A DNA stretch of 43,752 bases from a virus (lineage: Duplodnaviria > Heunggongvirae > Uroviricota > Caudoviricetes): positions 1-43,752 of the IMG/VR virus record IMGVR_UViG_2695420521_000005; one strand, given 5' to 3'. Numbering within the stretch: the first letter of the stretch is position 1; every line of letters begins with the position of its first letter. This document shows positions 1-8,545 of this stretch, piece after piece. A model generated the notes under the pieces. It was not told the DNA's origin. It ran no database searches and saw nothing but the letters and a program-made list of their open reading frames with translations. The position numbers and the translations under genes are program-made.

Positions 1-1143
1 CTATGCTGTTTTCATATCTACGATAACCCAGTCTTTACCACGATCATCATTGTATCGGTCGGTCATTTTTCTGGATTTATGACCTAACAACTTTTGCGTA
101 TCCAGACCCTGTTCCCGATATAACCGTTCTGACAGAGATCGCTGCTCATGAAATGTGGGCGCAGTTCCTTGCTCCCATTTTATGCCACATTTTTCCCTGG
201 CCTTTTTAAAAGCCGTTGTCAGAGTATTTGCAGAAACCTGGTCCCCTCTGTTTGCTTGAGAGGTTGTGTGACGGTAATGGACCAGATATTTACTAACAAC
301 AGCATCCCTGCACTGAGATATAACTTCACGAAGGGTAATATTCAGAGCATCGCATTTCAGGTTAAGCGGAATAGCAAGTTTTGAACCGGTTTTTTCCTGA
401 GTAATGTGCAACATGTCGTCCCAGATATCAGAGAATTTCAAATTGCAGATATCGCCTAAACGTTGTCCAGTGACAAGAGCAAGTAGCATCCCGCATTTTA
501 AATAGGGCTGCCGTCTGCTTACGCTGTCAAATATTGCCTGCCATTCGGGCAGTGATAATCTTTGGCGGTTTACTCGATTTCGCGGTTGTTTTGTTGCCTG
601 CGCTGGGTTAAATCCTGGCGGAACATGTCCTGCGTGTTGTGCTTCTTTGAAGACGTCGATCAACACCATTCTCACGACTTGCGCCATCCTGTTATGACCT
701 TCAGCCTTTACAGCATCAATTATTTCGGCAATATCAAGTGCGGTAATATCCTTGAGGTGTTGCATTCCACAATGCTCACGGAAAAGACGAATGGGTTTGC
801 CTTTTTGCCGATAGGAGTTGGGTCTTAGTTCATTATGTTGCAGCCTGTCCTCCTGGATAGAAATATATTTATCAAGCCATTCTGTCACCGTAATGTCTGA
901 GCGCCTGCCTTTCATTCTTTCTAGACGCTCATTGACGCTTAATATTTGTCGAGTACGTTGTTCAGCAATAATGGTATTTGCTTCAGTAGCAACTTGTTTT
1001 GCTTCATTCTCATCAGTTCCTAAGCTATGAAAACGACCGGATAGTGGATGTTTGTATTGCCAATATACCTTTCCGGTTCGCTTATCTAATTTGCAATATA
1101 AATTGGGTATAGAGATTTTGTGAGATCGGGGTCTAGCAGCCAT
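1..1143 (-). CDS. int: phage integrase, tyrosine recombinase family
   Basis: 380-aa ORF; C-terminal ...HEQRSLSERLY...LGHKSRKMTDRYNDD is the His/Arg/Tyr catalytic pattern of tyrosine recombinases; overlaps the upstream xis by 11 nt as in lambdoid int-xis; the window starts exactly at its stop codon. True start may be an internal Met. Confidence 0.9.
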   Translation of the reverse strand: MAARPRSHKISIPNLYCKLDKRTGKVYWQYKHPLSGRFHSLGTDENEAKQVATEANTIIAEQRTRQILSVNERLERMKGRRSDITVTEWLDKYISIQEDRLQHNELRPNSYRQKGKPIRLFREHCGMQHLKDITALDIAEIIDAVKAEGHNRMAQVVRMVLIDVFKEAQHAGHVPPGFNPAQATKQPRNRVNRQRLSLPEWQAIFDSVSRRQPYLKCGMLLALVTGQRLGDICNLKFSDIWDDMLHITQEKTGSKLAIPLNLKCDALNITLREVISQCRDAVVSKYLVHYRHTTSQANRGDQVSANTLTTAFKKAREKCGIKWEQGTAPTFHEQRSLSERLYREQGLDTQKLLGHKSRKMTDRYNDDRGKDWVIVDMKTA

Positions 1144-1369
1144 CAGCGATTATCCGTTGGAGTTTTGGGTTTGCGTTTATTGGGAGTTGCGGTTCTGCAA
1201 GCGTTCCTACAAAACGGGAATTTCGGTCAATCATCCAGTAGCGACCAACTTTTATAGCGGGTGGGGCCATCATTTTCCCTTGCGCGTATTTTTTCAGAAC
1301 TCGCTCACTTGGTGCTAAGTCCCCAAATTCTTCTTTAGCCCAGTCCTGTAAAGTGATTAGTCGAGACAT
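1133..1369 (-). CDS. xis: excisionase
   Basis: 78-aa basic ORF immediately upstream of and overlapping int; size and position as lambda Xis; content consistent with a small winged-helix DNA-binding protein. Confidence 0.7.
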   Translation of the reverse strand: MSRLITLQDWAKEEFGDLAPSERVLKKYAQGKMMAPPAIKVGRYWMIDRNSRFVGTLAEPQLPINANPKLQRIIADGC

Positions 1370-1506
1370 TTGTCCTCCTCTTAGCTGCTGAGGGAGTTTG
1401 TGACCGATATATCTGACATGATATTAAGCTCATGGCAGGTACATCTCTTGACTGGTCATAGAGATATTTAATGCTGAGAAATGCAGTATTGAATTTATCA
1501 ATTTTT

Positions 1507-1746
1507 CTATTTCCTGCGTATGGCACGTAACTTCTTAATGTGTTCTGCCGTTTCGATCTCTTCTGCTATCCGATCTGCATCAGCTTTATTCACAGGTTCA
1601 AAGTCATGATTAAAGCGGAACATGCTGGCGATACATGTTCTGCCTTTTCGGATGTAGTGAACTTTGTTGTGGGTAGAACGCAGGATTTTGCAGGGAGTGC
1701 CGTGGTGGTCGACGTACCAGGTGTTAGGAAAAATGATTCTGAACAT
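1507..1746 (-). CDS. hypothetical protein, early-left accessory region
   Basis: 79-aa ORF co-oriented with the int-xis-exo block; no motif I recognise. Confidence 0.4.
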   Translation of the reverse strand: MFRIIFPNTWYVDHHGTPCKILRSTHNKVHYIRKGRTCIASMFRFNHDFEPVNKADADRIAEEIETAEHIKKLRAIRRK

Positions 1747-1793
1747 TTTTACACCTCAGTTGGACGATGTTGAAATTTGCTGCTTTGAGGCCA

Positions 1794-2012
1794 TCACAGT
1801 CCCCATTGTTTGTTCTTAAGTTCGATCTCCTCCTGGCAACTTGCACAAGTCCGACAACCCTGAACGGCCAGGCGTCTTCGTTCATCTATCGGATCGCCAC
1901 ACTCACAACAATGAGTGGCAGATATAGCCTGGTGGTTCAGGCGGCGCATTTTTATTGCTGTGTTGCGCTGTAATTCTTCAATTTCTGATGCTGAATCAAT
2001 GATGTCTGCCAT
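1794..2012 (-). CDS. TraR/DksA-family C4-type zinc-finger protein
   Basis: 72 aa with C-x2-C ... C-x2-C (HCCECGDPIDERRRLAVQGCRTCASCQ), the pattern of TraR/DksA C4 zinc fingers common in prophage early-left regions. Confidence 0.7.
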   Translation of the reverse strand: MADIIDSASEIEELQRNTAIKMRRLNHQAISATHCCECGDPIDERRRLAVQGCRTCASCQEEIELKNKQWGL

Positions 2013-2110
2013 CTTTCATTAATCCCTGAATTGTTGGTTAATACGCTTGAGGGTGAATGCGAATAATAAAAAAGGAGCCTGTAGCTCCATGATGATTTTG
2101 TTTTTCATGT

Positions 2111-2392
2111 TCACCGTTCCTTAAAGACGCCGTTTAACATGCCGATCGCCAGGCTTAAATGAGTCGGTGTGAATCCCATCAGCGTTACCGTTTCGCGGTG
2201 CTTCTTCAGTACGCTACGGCAAATGTCATCGACGTTTTTATCCGGAAACTGCTGTCTGGCTTTTTTGATTTCATAATTAGCCTGACGGGCAATACTGCGA
2301 AGGGCGTTTTCCTGCTGAGGTGTCACTGAACAAGTCCCATGTCGGCAAGCATAAGCACACAGAATATGAAGCCCGCTGCCAGAAAAATGCAT
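2111..2392 (-). CDS. hypothetical protein
   Basis: 93-aa ORF co-oriented with neighbours; true start may be internal; no motif recognised. Confidence 0.4.
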   Translation of the reverse strand: MHFSGSGLHILCAYACRHGTCSVTPQQENALRSIARQANYEIKKARQQFPDKNVDDICRSVLKKHRETVTLMGFTPTHLSLAIGMLNGVFKER

Positions 2393-2402
2393 TCAGTGGT
2401 TG

Positions 2403-2594
2403 TCATACCTGGTCTCTCTCATCTGCTTCTGCTTTCGCCACCATCATTTCCAGCTTTTGTGAAAGGGATGTGGCTAACGTATGAAATTCTTCGTCTGTTT
2501 CTACTGGTATTGGCACAAACCTGACTCCAATTTGAGCGAGGCTATGTGCCATCTCGATACTCGTTCTTAACTCAACGGGAGATGCTTTGTGCAT
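2403..2594 (-). CDS. hypothetical small acidic protein
   Basis: 63-aa ORF immediately upstream of exo, in the position of the lambda orf61/orf63/orf60a small genes. Confidence 0.4.
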   Translation of the reverse strand: MHKASPVELRTSIEMAHSLAQIGVRFVPIPVETDEEFHTLATSLSQKLEMMVAKAEADERDQV

Positions 2595-2745
2595 ACAGCC
2601 CCTCGTTTATTATTTATCTCCTCAGCCAGCCGCTGGGCTTTCAGTGGATTTTGGATAACAGAAAGGCCGGGAAATACCCAGCCTCGCTTTGTAACGGAGT
2701 AGACGAAAGTGATCGCGCCTACCCGGATATTATCGTGAGGATGCG

Positions 2746-3426
2746 TCATCGCCATTGCTCCCCAAATACAAAACCAATTTCAGCCAGTGCCTCGTCCATT
2801 TTTTCGATGAACTCCGGCACCATCTCGTCAAAACCCGCCATGTACTTTTCATCCCGCTCAACCACGACATAATGCAGTCCTTCACGCTTCATACGCGGGT
2901 CATAGTTGGCAAAGTACCAGGCATCTTTTCGCGTCACCCACATGCTGTACTGCACCTGGGCCATGTAAGCCGACTTTATGGCCTCGAAACCACCGAGCCG
3001 GAACTTCATGAAATCTCGGGAGGTAAACGGGCATTTCAGCTCAAGGCCATTGCCGTCACTGCATAAACCATCGGGAGAGCAGGCGGTGCGCATACTTTCG
3101 TCGCGATAGATGATCGGGGATTCAGTAACATTCACGCCGGAAGTGAATTCAAACAGGGTTCTGGCGTCGTTCTCGTACTGTTTTCCCCAGGCCAGCGCCT
3201 TAGCATTAACTTCCGGAGCCACACCGGTGCAAACCTCAGCCAGCAGGGTGTGGAAGTAGGACATTTTCATGTCAGGCCACTTCTTTCCTGAGCGGGGCTT
3301 TGCTATCACGTTGTGAACTTCTGAAGCGGTGATGACGCCGAGCCGTAATTTGTGCCATGCATCATCCCCCTGTTCGACAGCTCTCACGTCGATCCCGGTA
3401 CGCTGCAGGATAATGTCCGGTGTCAT
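2746..3426 (-). CDS. exo: lambda-type 5'-3' exonuclease (Red alpha)
   Basis: 226-aa product [40 protein letters not shown]... is near-identical to lambda Exo as I recall it; same length; followed by bet and gam. Confidence 0.95.
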   Translation of the reverse strand: MTPDIILQRTGIDVRAVEQGDDAWHKLRLGVITASEVHNVIAKPRSGKKWPDMKMSYFHTLLAEVCTGVAPEVNAKALAWGKQYENDARTLFEFTSGVNVTESPIIYRDESMRTACSPDGLCSDGNGLELKCPFTSRDFMKFRLGGFEAIKSAYMAQVQYSMWVTRKDAWYFANYDPRMKREGLHYVVVERDEKYMAGFDEMVPEFIEKMDEALAEIGFVFGEQWR

Positions 3427-4208
3427 GCTGCCACCTTCTGCTCAGTGGCTTTCTGTTTCAGGAATCCAAGAGCTTTCACTGCTTCGGCTTGTGTCAGTTC
3501 TGACGATGCGCGAATGTCGCGGCGAAATATCTGGGAACAGAGCGGCAATAAGTCGTCATCCCATGTTTTATCCAGGGCGATCAGCAGAGTGTTAATCTCC
3601 TGCATGGTTTCATCGTTAACCGGAGTGATGTCGCGTTCCGGCTGACGTTCTGCAGTGTATGCAGTATTTTCGACAATGCGCTCGGCTTCATCCTTGTCAT
3701 AGATACCAGCAAATCCGAAGGCCAGACGGGCACACTGAATCATGGCTTTATGCCGTAACATCCGTTTGGGATGCGACTGCCACGGTCCGGTGATTTCTCT
3801 GCCTTCGCGGGTTTTGAATGGTTCGCGGCGGCATTCATCCATCCACTCGGTAACGCAGATCGGATGATTACGGTCCTTGCGGTAAATCCGGCATGTACAG
3901 GATTCATTGTCCTGCTCAAAGTCCATGCCATCAAACTGCTGGTTTTCATTGATGATGCGGGACCAGCCATCAACGCCCACCACCGGAACGATGCCGTTCT
4001 GCTTATCAGGGAAGGCGTAAATTTCTTTCGTCCACGGATTAAGGCCGTACTGGTTGGCGACGATCAACAATGCGATGAACTGCGCATCGCTGGCATCACC
4101 TTTAAATGCCGTCTGGCGAAGAGTGGTGATCAGTTCCTGTGGGTCGACAGAATCCATGCCGACACGTTCAGCCAGCTTCCCAGCCAGCGTTGCGAGTGCT
4201 GTACTCAT
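3423..4208 (-). CDS. bet: single-strand annealing protein Bet (Red beta)
   Basis: 261-aa product [66 protein letters not shown]... matches lambda Bet from memory; 4-nt overlap with exo. Confidence 0.95.
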   Translation of the reverse strand: MSTALATLAGKLAERVGMDSVDPQELITTLRQTAFKGDASDAQFIALLIVANQYGLNPWTKEIYAFPDKQNGIVPVVGVDGWSRIINENQQFDGMDFEQDNESCTCRIYRKDRNHPICVTEWMDECRREPFKTREGREITGPWQSHPKRMLRHKAMIQCARLAFGFAGIYDKDEAERIVENTAYTAERQPERDITPVNDETMQEINTLLIALDKTWDDDLLPLCSQIFRRDIRASSELTQAEAVKALGFLKQKATEQKVAA

Positions 4209-4213
4209 CCGTT

Positions 4214-4510
4214 TTATACCTCTGAATCAATATCAACCTGATGGTGAGCAATGGTTTCAACCATGTACCGGATGTGTTCTGCCATGCGCTCCTGAAACTC
4301 AACATCGTCATCAAATGCACGGGTAATGGCTTTTTTGCTGGCCCCGTGGCGTTGCAAATGATCGATGCAGAGTGATTCAAACAGGTGCTGTGGAAGACCT
4401 TTTTCCATGTCGTCTGCCAGTTCTGCCTCTTTCTCTTCACGGGCAATCTGCTGGTAGTGACGCGCCCAGCTCTGAGCCTCAAGACGATCCTGAATGTAAT
4501 AAGCGTTCAT
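4214..4510 (-). CDS. gam: RecBCD inhibitor Gam (short GamS-length form)
   Basis: 98-aa product [60 protein letters not shown]... matches lambda GamS; the frame is open further upstream but that part does not match the lambda long-form N-terminus as I recall it. Confidence 0.9.
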   Translation of the reverse strand: MNAYYIQDRLEAQSWARHYQQIAREEKEAELADDMEKGLPQHLFESLCIDHLQRHGASKKAITRAFDDDVEFQERMAEHIRYMVETIAHHQVDIDSEV

Positions 4511-4585
4511 GGCTGAACTCCTGAAAATGGCTGTGAAAATATCGCCCGCGAAATGCCAGGCTGATTAGGAAAACAGGAAAGGGGA

Positions 4586-4996
4586 TTAGTGATTCAGGCC
4601 GTTGCCTCGTCCGTCGAGAAAAACTTCCACGAGCAAATCACGGGTATAAGTGCGCTCGATGCCGCGATGCAGATATAGCCGTCCGCGTAAATTAGCTGAT
4701 GCTGTCCAGGTACCATCTTTGTGTTTGACCAGCATTCCTGGCATGACCGCACCGCGATTAACGGTCTGCGTTCCGTAATGTTGATGAACCATAAAAACTC
4801 CTGCCCGTAAGCTGGGCTGCTGAACATATAAAGACTTCTGCGCGTATTCAGGCGGTGGATGGCCGCCGGTTGTCATAACTAAGCCGCCTCGTTGAAGCGA
4901 CTGAGGTATGAAATGTTGAGTTAATTTCAGCTGGTCACACCGACGTTCACGCGTCCGCTTCACCCCTCGCACTTCCCGGAGCCTGCTGAAATTCAA
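4586..4996 (-). CDS. hypothetical protein in the N-gene position
   Basis: ORF between gam and the putative pL/oL region. As drawn it starts at a TTG and would have an Arg-rich N-terminus (VRGVKRTRERRCDQLK) reminiscent of N-type arginine-rich motifs; the first ATG is internal (about 4876), giving 96 aa. No kil or cIII homologues are visible between gam and this ORF. Confidence 0.4.
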   Translation of the reverse strand: MNFSRLREVRGVKRTRERRCDQLKLTQHFIPQSLQRGGLVMTTGGHPPPEYAQKSLYVQQPSLRAGVFMVHQHYGTQTVNRGAVMPGMLVKHKDGTWTASANLRGRLYLHRGIERTYTRDLLVEVFLDGRGNGLNH

Positions 4997-5079
4997 GCTA
5001 CGGATCTAAGCGGTCATCGCAACGGTGAATCAGGTGGTTGCCGTATCGTTGTGTTGTTGCGATATGATGATAATAGCTA

Positions 5080-5190
5080 TTGCTATTGGTGATATCAATA
5101 CTTATTGCTATTGACTGATGTGTTTTGATATTAAATGTTTGATAGCAAAAAGAATTAATTTTGTGACTTGCATCGCATAGCGATAACTGA
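5080..5190 (-). promoter_or_regulatory. putative oL/pL operator-promoter region
   Basis: AT-rich intergenic region between the rexB-position gene and the N-position ORF. Holds two copies of TTGCTATTG (5090-5098, 5105-5113), a motif also found twice in the cI-cro intergenic region, plus a 5-3-5 palindrome ATCGCATAGCGAT near 5171-5183. Confidence 0.4.
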
Positions 5191-5271
5191 AGCAGGGGCA
5201 TGGTGGTTTTTTGAACGGTGTGTGATGAGGGGAGGCAAAAGAAAACCCGGCACGACGGCCGGGGAGGGGGG

Positions 5272-5778
5272 TCATTTTAATCTATCAAGGAGTGACTCTC
5301 TTTCCTTCTTCTCTGATTCTCTTCGGTTTAATAACGCTTTAAACTCTTGAAGCTCAACCATTATTTTATGAACGAATACACTGGTATAGAGAGAAATAAA
5401 GAGTAATCCACCTGAAATTTTTAAGACCCTGAAGAGTAGGGCTTGATCATTTGTGCTTGCTATTAACCCCAAGATTACAAACAAAGTTGAAAATACATAG
5501 AAAGCTAATAATAAAACCAATTTCAGTCTCTTGGATTTGACTATTGGCACTAATCGCCTAACCTCACTAGGGGTTAAAGACGAGTGGTCATTGGCCTCAT
5601 TTGCCTTAAAAATGGCTTGTATACAATATGATAATGGCAATTGCATGAGTCCAACCACAGCCCACGGAGCTGTTAGGACAACACCCGGTGTAATATAGCC
5701 CAATGCTGACTTGAACAAAAAGTAACCAGCAACATAGAAGACCAACATACCAATAAGGTGGATGATGTTCGATTTCAT
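5272..5778 (-). CDS. small integral membrane protein (about 4 TM helices) in the rexB position
   Basis: 168 aa with four hydrophobic segments (IIHLIGMLVFYVAGYFLF; VVLTAPWAVVGLMQLPLSYCIQAIF; LKLVLLLAFYVFSTLFVILGLIAS; GGLLFISLYTSVFV) and a charged C-terminal tail. Strong RBS (AGGAGG) 6 nt before the ATG; only 21 bp after the stop of the upstream 340-aa gene; visibly AT-rich. Confidence 0.75.
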   Translation of the reverse strand: MKSNIIHLIGMLVFYVAGYFLFKSALGYITPGVVLTAPWAVVGLMQLPLSYCIQAIFKANEANDHSSLTPSEVRRLVPIVKSKRLKLVLLLAFYVFSTLFVILGLIASTNDQALLFRVLKISGGLLFISLYTSVFVHKIMVELQEFKALLNRRESEKKERESLLDRLK

Positions 5779-5799
5779 TATCGCCCTCCTTTTGGTAGG

Positions 5800-6822
5800 T
5801 TATTTTGCAACCAATTCTCCGGCATCAAGTTTTGAGAACAGCCACTTATGCATTTTTAAGAATAAATCATTTTCATCAATAATGCCATTGTTATGTTCAA
5901 CGCTAATTTTTCCGGATAATTTTATCTCTTTTCCCGTTATTTCCCCACCGCCTTGAAGTTTGATGCTAATATCATCCTCATCTAGATGTCGTAGTGAGGT
6001 AGCAATACTGTCTATAACAGCTTGACCGCTATCATTTGTTTTTCTGAAGTATGTAATCTCGAGGCTTACTTGTAAATTGGCCTCATCTAATGAATCTTTA
6101 ATGTTTATATCATTTGCCCAGTTATCGCCAAAAAATGCTTTTAGTAGCGCACCTCCTTTCCCTATTGGGCGGTATTTTATTGTCTTCACCGAACCATTTG
6201 AAAAGGAGGGTGTTTGGTTCTCTGAATTTTTAACTTCTGAAGTAATGGGTAATCCACCAATTTTTATGCTCTTGGCTGGTGCTTTCTCCATTTTTTTCAT
6301 CGTTTCTTCGGATGGCTTATCTTGAAGCATTAACACAGATTCTTTTTCATCTGTGAATGTATTAATTAGCCAATTCAAATGCGCCTCAAGCTCCCTTGCT
6401 CGAAGCGATGTGGATTGAACGATCATGACATGGTTGTTTAGTACACCAAAATATAAAATTGAATCTACAAACTCTCTTTTTTTGTCACTACGTTTATCTC
6501 CATCAATAATTATATCATTAGACGTGATGGAGTTAATGTCATAAAATTTAACATTATCACTAAGCTCTAATAGAGACTGGCTTTTGTCTTTTTCAAATAA
6601 AACCAGTTGCCCAAAAAGTATAGTTTTGTATGTGTCGCTTTTATTTAAGAAACGATACCCCGAATTTTCATCTGAAGGTGTTATTTTTTCTTGTCTACTA
6701 AGTACTTTTTCTGCAACGCCGCCCTCACCTATAATACTAAGTAGTATGTTTTGTAATGATGATTTGCTGTGTGGGATTACTGCTTTTTTATAATGAACGA
6801 CTTTTTGTCTGTTATCTTTCAT
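5800..6822 (-). CDS. hypothetical cytoplasmic protein in the rexA position
   Basis: 340-aa ORF immediately downstream of cI on the same strand; Lys/Asp/Glu/Ser-rich, no catalytic motif recognised; visibly AT-rich; forms an operon with the downstream membrane protein. Confidence 0.75.
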   Translation of the reverse strand: MKDNRQKVVHYKKAVIPHSKSSLQNILLSIIGEGGVAEKVLSRQEKITPSDENSGYRFLNKSDTYKTILFGQLVLFEKDKSQSLLELSDNVKFYDINSITSNDIIIDGDKRSDKKREFVDSILYFGVLNNHVMIVQSTSLRARELEAHLNWLINTFTDEKESVLMLQDKPSEETMKKMEKAPAKSIKIGGLPITSEVKNSENQTPSFSNGSVKTIKYRPIGKGGALLKAFFGDNWANDINIKDSLDEANLQVSLEITYFRKTNDSGQAVIDSIATSLRHLDEDDISIKLQGGGEITGKEIKLSGKISVEHNNGIIDENDLFLKMHKWLFSKLDAGELVAK

Positions 6823-6879
6823 TGCTATAGTCCAACTAGTATTGAATAAATAAACACAGTAAAGACATAAAAATTTCTT

Positions 6880-6909
6880 ATAGCTACCGATAACGTAATC
6901 GGTAGCTAT
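6880..6909 (-). terminator. perfect 11-bp inverted repeat between cI and the downstream moron (possible intrinsic terminator or regulatory hairpin)
   Basis: ATAGCTACCGA-TAACGTAA-TCGGTAGCTAT; on the minus (transcribed) strand the stem is followed by AAGAAATTTTTATG, which is partly U-rich. Confidence 0.45.
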
Positions 6910-6944
6910 TACAAATCAACCAAAGGTAATTCTTTACATACTAC

Positions 6945-7637
6945 CTACCCATGCTTCCTGTAGGTCTGCGGCATGCTCCCAATAACTTTCCCGAAGATAA
7001 ACACCCGGTTCATCTCGTCTTTCTCGATAGGATCCCACGGTGAGTAGCTCTTGTTATCAGAGATAACCAGCAGTTTATCCTTCATCATTTGCAGGCGCTT
7101 TACATGGGCGGTGTCGTCGTACAGAAATGCATAGATACCATCACCGTCGAAAGATTTAACCGTGATATCAACGAACAGCAGATCACCTGGTTCGATCGTT
7201 CCTGACATGCTGTCACCACGCACGTTAATGATGCGGATATTTTCTGCCTTCCTGCCATCGAACATGTGACGAGCATCGTCAAACGAGTACTCAACCGAGC
7301 GTAGAACTTCTACAAACTCACGGTTGATGACTCCCGGCCCGGCACTGACTTCTATATCAAGAACGTCAATTTTGAAGTATTTGGAATGGCTGACAGCAGG
7401 CTTCCCTGATTGTTGACCGTCATTTCTCATCGGGCCTATGCCTGATGAGAGCCATTCTGTTCGAACACCCAATGCATTAGCTATTTCAACAATTTTTGTT
7501 GAGCCGCGCGCGTTGCCGCTTGTCAGTCTCCAGATTGTGGGTTGAGCTACGCCAGACGCCTTTGCAAGAGCGCCTTGAGACATTCCAGATTGTTCCATCG
7601 CTAGGTTTAAGCGATCAGCAAGAGTTTCTTTTTTCAT
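6945..7637 (-). CDS. cI: CI-type prophage repressor (HTH plus S24 LexA-like autopeptidase domain)
   Basis: N-terminal HTH (MSQGALAKASGVAQPTIWRL) and C-terminal S24 signature (GDSM serine, VKRL lysine); divergent from cro. The first ATG is at 7637 with no SD, consistent with a leaderless pRM-type transcript; the ORF track extends to a TTG at 7673. Sequence is not lambda CI, so the immunity specificity is different. Confidence 0.85.
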   Translation of the reverse strand: MKKETLADRLNLAMEQSGMSQGALAKASGVAQPTIWRLTSGNARGSTKIVEIANALGVRTEWLSSGIGPMRNDGQQSGKPAVSHSKYFKIDVLDIEVSAGPGVINREFVEVLRSVEYSFDDARHMFDGRKAENIRIINVRGDSMSGTIEPGDLLFVDITVKSFDGDGIYAFLYDDTAHVKRLQMMKDKLLVISDNKSYSPWDPIEKDEMNRVFIFGKVIGSMPQTYRKHG

Positions 7638-7747
7638 AAGTTTTAATTTATACGCTTGCGTATTGATGGTCAAAACACGTTTTGCTATTGCTTGGATTAA
7701 TACGCATTGCTATTATTCATTCATTGCAATACCAATAGGAATTGATA
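7638..7747. promoter_or_regulatory. putative oR / pR-pRM divergent operator-promoter region
   Basis: 110-bp AT-rich cI-cro intergenic region with the palindrome ATACGCttGCGTAT (7650-7663), TTGCTATTG at 7682-7690, TTGCTATT at 7707-7714 and the palindromic ATTGCAAT at about 7723-7730. Confidence 0.5.
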
Positions 7748-7975
7748 ATGACAAATCAAACCATTCAACTCGCAATCAGTATTACAGGTAGTCAAAAGCG
7801 ACTGGCAGATCTATGCGGTGTAGCCCAGCCCACTGTTTGGCGTTGGCTACACGGTGGCGGAATTGATGCCCGCTATGTAATGAAAATTGTCTCAGCCACT
7901 GGTGGAAAGATTAAACCAGCAGATATTCGTCCCGACCTCGCACCATTGTTTAACGCGAGTAATTCTGCCGCCTAA
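7748..7975 (+). CDS. cro: Cro-like HTH repressor
   Basis: About 75 aa from the ATG at 7748 (SD AGGA 7 nt upstream); HTH QKRLADLCGVAQPTVWRW; divergent from cI. Confidence 0.8.
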   Translation: MTNQTIQLAISITGSQKRLADLCGVAQPTVWRWLHGGGIDARYVMKIVSATGGKIKPADIRPDLAPLFNASNSAA

Positions 7976-7983
7976 TCTGCGGC
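7967..7983 (+). terminator. small hairpin at the cro stop (possible tR1-like element)
   Basis: GCCGC-ctaatct-GCGGC stem-loop spanning the cro stop codon; no strong U-tract, so if functional it is probably Rho-dependent or N-modulated. Confidence 0.2.
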
Positions 7984-7999
7984 GTTAACTGATAAGGCA

Positions 8000-8545
8000 A
8001 TGACTATGCAACCACTTACATACCAACAGACTAGCGGATTTAGCCCGACTGCGGTGATAAATCGTTCTCAAACAAAACAAGCTCCAGGCCACGAAAAAAT
8101 CCGTGATGCCGTCCGCGCCTGGTCGGCTGCAGATAATCAGGATGTTGTTGCCGCACTCATTGTGAATGAGTATCGGGAGCAGGGCGGCGGCACCATCGAT
8201 TTCCCTGATGATGTCAGCCGTGCACGCCAGAAGCTGTTCCGCTTCCTCGATAACAAATTCGATTCTGAAAAATACCGAAATAACGTGCGTGAACTGACCC
8301 CGGCAATTCTGGCGGTACTACCGCTGGAATATCGCGGCCACCTGGTTGAGCAGGATAGCTTCATGGCTCGGCTGGCTGAAATGGAAAAGGAACTCAGTGA
8401 GGCAAAACAGGCTGTCATTCTCAACGCACCACGCCACCAGAAACTGAAGGAGATGAGTGAAGGCATTGTGTCGATGTTTCGTGTGGACCCGGATCTGGCT
8501 GGTCCACTGATGGCGATGGTCACCACCATGCTGGGGGCAATATGA
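8000..8545 (+). CDS. YdaT-family (CII-like domain) regulatory protein
   Basis: 181 aa in the cII position; the segment NEYREQGGG...TPAILAVLPLEYRGHL resembles E. coli Rac YdaT (EEYLRQGGG...IPAILAILPRELRHRL) as I recall it. Confidence 0.65.
   Translation: MTMQPLTYQQTSGFSPTAVINRSQTKQAPGHEKIRDAVRAWSAADNQDVVAALIVNEYREQGGGTIDFPDDVSRARQKLFRFLDNKFDSEKYRNNVRELTPAILAVLPLEYRGHLVEQDSFMARLAEMEKELSEAKQAVILNAPRHQKLKEMSEGIVSMFRVDPDLAGPLMAMVTTMLGAI

Noticed and set aside
1335-1526. 63-aa minus-strand ORF overlapping the 5' end of xis and the following gene.
   Set aside because: Overlaps better-supported neighbours in another frame; no features.
3771-4241. Plus-strand 156-aa ORF antisense to bet, and other plus-strand ORFs in the 148-1030 int region.
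   Set aside because: Antisense to near-identical lambda Bet and to the integrase; no RBS or plausible product.
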